64,000 nucleotides of DNA. It comes from Gnetum montanum. Its lineage: Eukaryota > Plantae > Gnetophyta. Location of the stretch: NCBI GenBank assembly GCA_015680685.1, contig MNCI01000366.1, forward strand, positions 157,203 to 221,202. Direction: 5' to 3'. Shown here piece after piece: positions 61,201-64,000 of this stretch (position 1 is the first letter of the stretch; every line of letters starts with the position of its first letter). The notes beneath the pieces are model-generated. The model ran no database searches. It was given only the letters and a program-made list of their open reading frames with translations, and was not told the DNA's origin. The position numbers were made by a program, and so were the translations under genes.

Positions 61201-62939
61201 CAAGAATCTAGGATGTATGATTTGAATTCTATATTGATAAAACAGAAAGCACGTAGGAGGTTTCCTTATCCATAAGGGAACTATCATCAGCAATTTTGCC
61301 AATAAGCATACTATCCTAGTGGAGCACCACCTCAACCTCAAGAGCAATATCAATAATGGAAACATCCACAATCATGAGGGATGCCACCTCTAAGGCAATA
61401 GTATCCTTATTTACAACCTAATCCCTTTGGTTACTACGTTTAGTACCCAATCTCTCCACATGAATCTTATAATCATGCCTCCTTCCCATACCACTACTAC
61501 TTTCTAGAGTACTACAGAGCACCTTCTCCAAGAGGGGAGTCTCTCTTTACCTTTCATCCTACTCAAAAACCATCCACTCCTACACCATCACCATCAACAC
61601 CTCTACCACCTACTCCATCCATGCAGGGTAAAATAGCTGCTCAACCACAACAACATAATGTCACAGGGGTAGTAAACTTGTAACTAGCTCCTTAGTTGAG
61701 TGGTCCTAAATCCAAGCCTTACAAGAGGGCATTCTTCAGAACCAATAGCCCCACAAAGATTTCCCAAACACCTATGGTTGCTAACTCTACTATTTCATCC
61801 TTTGAAATCCCTATCTAATAGCCTTCAAACAAAAGTACCCTCTAATTATATACTATCATGTTGACCCATGTGGTCATAGATTAAATCAAGGTTAGCCCCC
61901 TTCCTAGAAAAAGATCTAATCCTAGAAGTCCTATTATTTACTTGCAAATCATTAGAAATGAACAAGCTTTTTTGGATTTAGGTTTTGAAGTTAACTTAAT
62001 TTCACAAGAAATGTACAAAGTCTAGAACCTACCTTCCTTGAAAAAGAGCAACATCAAACTAGAGTTGGTAGACCAGTCCATCACTATTCCTTTGGTATTA
62101 GTGGAGGACATCATGACCACTATCTATGGATGATCCTACCCTAACAAATTTCTAGAGCTCCATGTAGATAACTACAAGGGAAAATTCCCTATCATCATGG
62201 GAAGAGCATGGTTGAGCACCACTAATGCAAGGTTTGGCATTTAGGACCTTTCCTTAGAGATTTCCAAGGAAAATAAATTCAACAAGATCAAGAGGAAAAG
62301 AGTTCCATACATCACATATAATGACATATGGTGTCATTATGTGTAGAGACTATGGACCATCAAAGACACATCACTTCAAGCATGCAATTAGTATGTAGAG
62401 ACTACAAAAATTTAAAGGTTTGTATACATAGAAGCCACTAAATAAGAGGATACACAATGGGTGATACTAGATAATGAGGTTGGATCAATAATATGCATGG
62501 AACTAGCTGATAGCCTCACTAGCTCCTATGTTGAAAGAATGGACAAATAGGAGAATCTTCATCAACAAATCTCCAATGCATAAAGTGAGATAGATTAGGG
62601 AGAGTTGAAGATCCCTAAGACTTTCAAGAAAGAGTCCCTTGAGTTAATGGCTCTATTGGCAAGAATTGAATATGCATTTTTGAATAATTGAAAGCCAGTA
62701 ATTATCAATAACACACTTTCTCCTAAAATGAAAAATAAATTATTGCAACTTATTAACAAATGGTAAACAGTCTTCACCTAGTCATATCATGAGCTAATAG
62801 GAATTGATCCTAGGATATGCTAGCACAAAATCTACACAGACTCCTCCATCAAACTAAAAAGATAGTCACAAAGACTCTTGAATCCAAACCTCAAGTATAT
62901 TATTAAGGAGGATATTGAACAACTCCTCAAAGTAGGGTT
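58254..62939 (+). mobile_element. Athila-like element F (5' LTR, PBS, decayed gag, protease, start of RT)
   Basis: LTR TGATGA...TCATCA at 58254-59120. PBS tggcatcattgtcaaggg is a decayed TGGCGCCGTTGCCGGGG (tRNA-Asp type). Protease FLDLGFEVNLI...PIIMGRAWLST near 61970-62230. RT start GIDPRIC.HKI...LNPNLK...EQLLKVG. Confidence 0.83.
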
Positions 62940-64000
62940 TGTAACGATGGAAAATGTCAGTCGCTGGAAATACTAAGTAGAAGTTCATGTACACAGTTCC
63001 AACCCCAGATCCGTGCGAGGGCCATGCTAGAGAAGATAGATTCAAGGTGCCCTGAATGATCTTGTTGATCAGACAGGGACTTACTTAATCAGTAAAATTT
63101 TTGTAATAATTGAATGGCAAAATAGCGATTTTTATGAGGAGATATAATATCGTTAATCTCGAAGGTAATTGAATATGATGTAAATGATTTAAAGCGATTA
63201 CAAAGCCCCTAGAGATAGAACACAGGAGATCATATTTAGAAAGCATGCAATTCAAAGATCTAGAATTTAACTTATGAACAAAAATATGTTGGATACAATG
63301 ATTATAGTTGGACTTCAGCTTAGACGAAGCACATGCCAACAGCAAGAAAGCAATTTAAAGATAAAACAAGTGAAGGTTAATCTACCTTGTTCTAGCCAAT
63401 CTGAGTGCAAGGAAGTTAGACCCAGAGTAGAATATCCATTAATTGGTTGTTTCTGATCAAGGATTCTTGCCAATCACCTCCAATGTTCTTACTATTACTG
63501 ATCTTCTTTTGTTCTCTTGTCAATCTTTGCCAAAGGTTGTCAACGATTGCCAATGCAAATAAATCACTTACAGAGAAAATTTGTCAATTTTGGGAAAAAA
63601 CATTTTCCCACCCCTTGATCTTTGTCGATTGGAATATTTATAAGGTTAGGGTCAGGAGAAAAATGTAGTTTAGATGACGCATGTCCTAACTTATGAGATG
63701 TCGTTGACTTGGTGTGTTTGTGCTTGAAGCTTTCGATGCCACGCTACATTACGCTCTAAAGCGTCATGCGTCGTAAACCACTTTTGTTGGAGTTCTGGCA
63801 ACAAACTGTTCTTTGTTCACACTGCAATACCCTAGAGAGCGTATTGTGATGTATAAACTACTGGTACCTAAATTGTGCTTTCTCTGTCATTGCTTGTATT
63901 ACGCTGCGTCATGCTAGATTACGTTGCGTAGCGTAATTAAGCATAAAATAGAAAACCTGCAAAAAATTGAAGTGTTGTCGCCACGCTTCCTTTTTTTCTG
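62940..64000 (-). repeat. LTR of the A/C family (3' or solo LTR) inserted in the F RT; runs off the window
   Basis: tgtaacgatggaaaatgtcagtcgctgg... closely matches 14746 and 30667 onward. No adjacent PBS. Confidence 0.9.

Overview
This is eukaryotic, almost certainly land-plant, repetitive DNA made of nested, C>T/G>A-decayed Ty3/gypsy LTR retrotransposons. I found no intact host gene, only one PARP-like gene fragment, plus a 725-nt N gap. The dominant elements are Tat-type (RT-RNaseH-archaeal RNaseH-integrase, tRNA-Asn PBS). They are: A (+, 1-7632); B (-, 8757-14745, resuming at about 31540); full-length C (-, 14746-31534, GGGGG TSD); D (-, 34507-44529); a distant relative H (-, 49540-58253); and further LTRs at 7633-8756 and 62940-64000. 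Two Athila-like remnants lie at about 46950-49539 (-) and 58254-62939 (+). The main observation is an unusual three-part layout. gag-protease ends in its own stop codon. A roughly 5.6-kb spacer then carries an antisense, multi-exon gene with conserved splice sites, encoding a degenerate FCP1/NIF (HAD-type) phosphatase domain, a plant-transposon/PMD-like domain, a coiled coil and an acidic tail. RT-RH-aRH-IN starts separately, behind a conserved splice acceptor and ATG. Arrays of one shared 24-bp motif (GYC-N6-GRC-NNW-AAACTRGCA) with variable spacers flank the antisense gene and follow the integrase. A protein plus its own target arrays would resemble VANDAL/VANC anti-silencing, but that role is inference. 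All domain calls are by eye; no searches were run.
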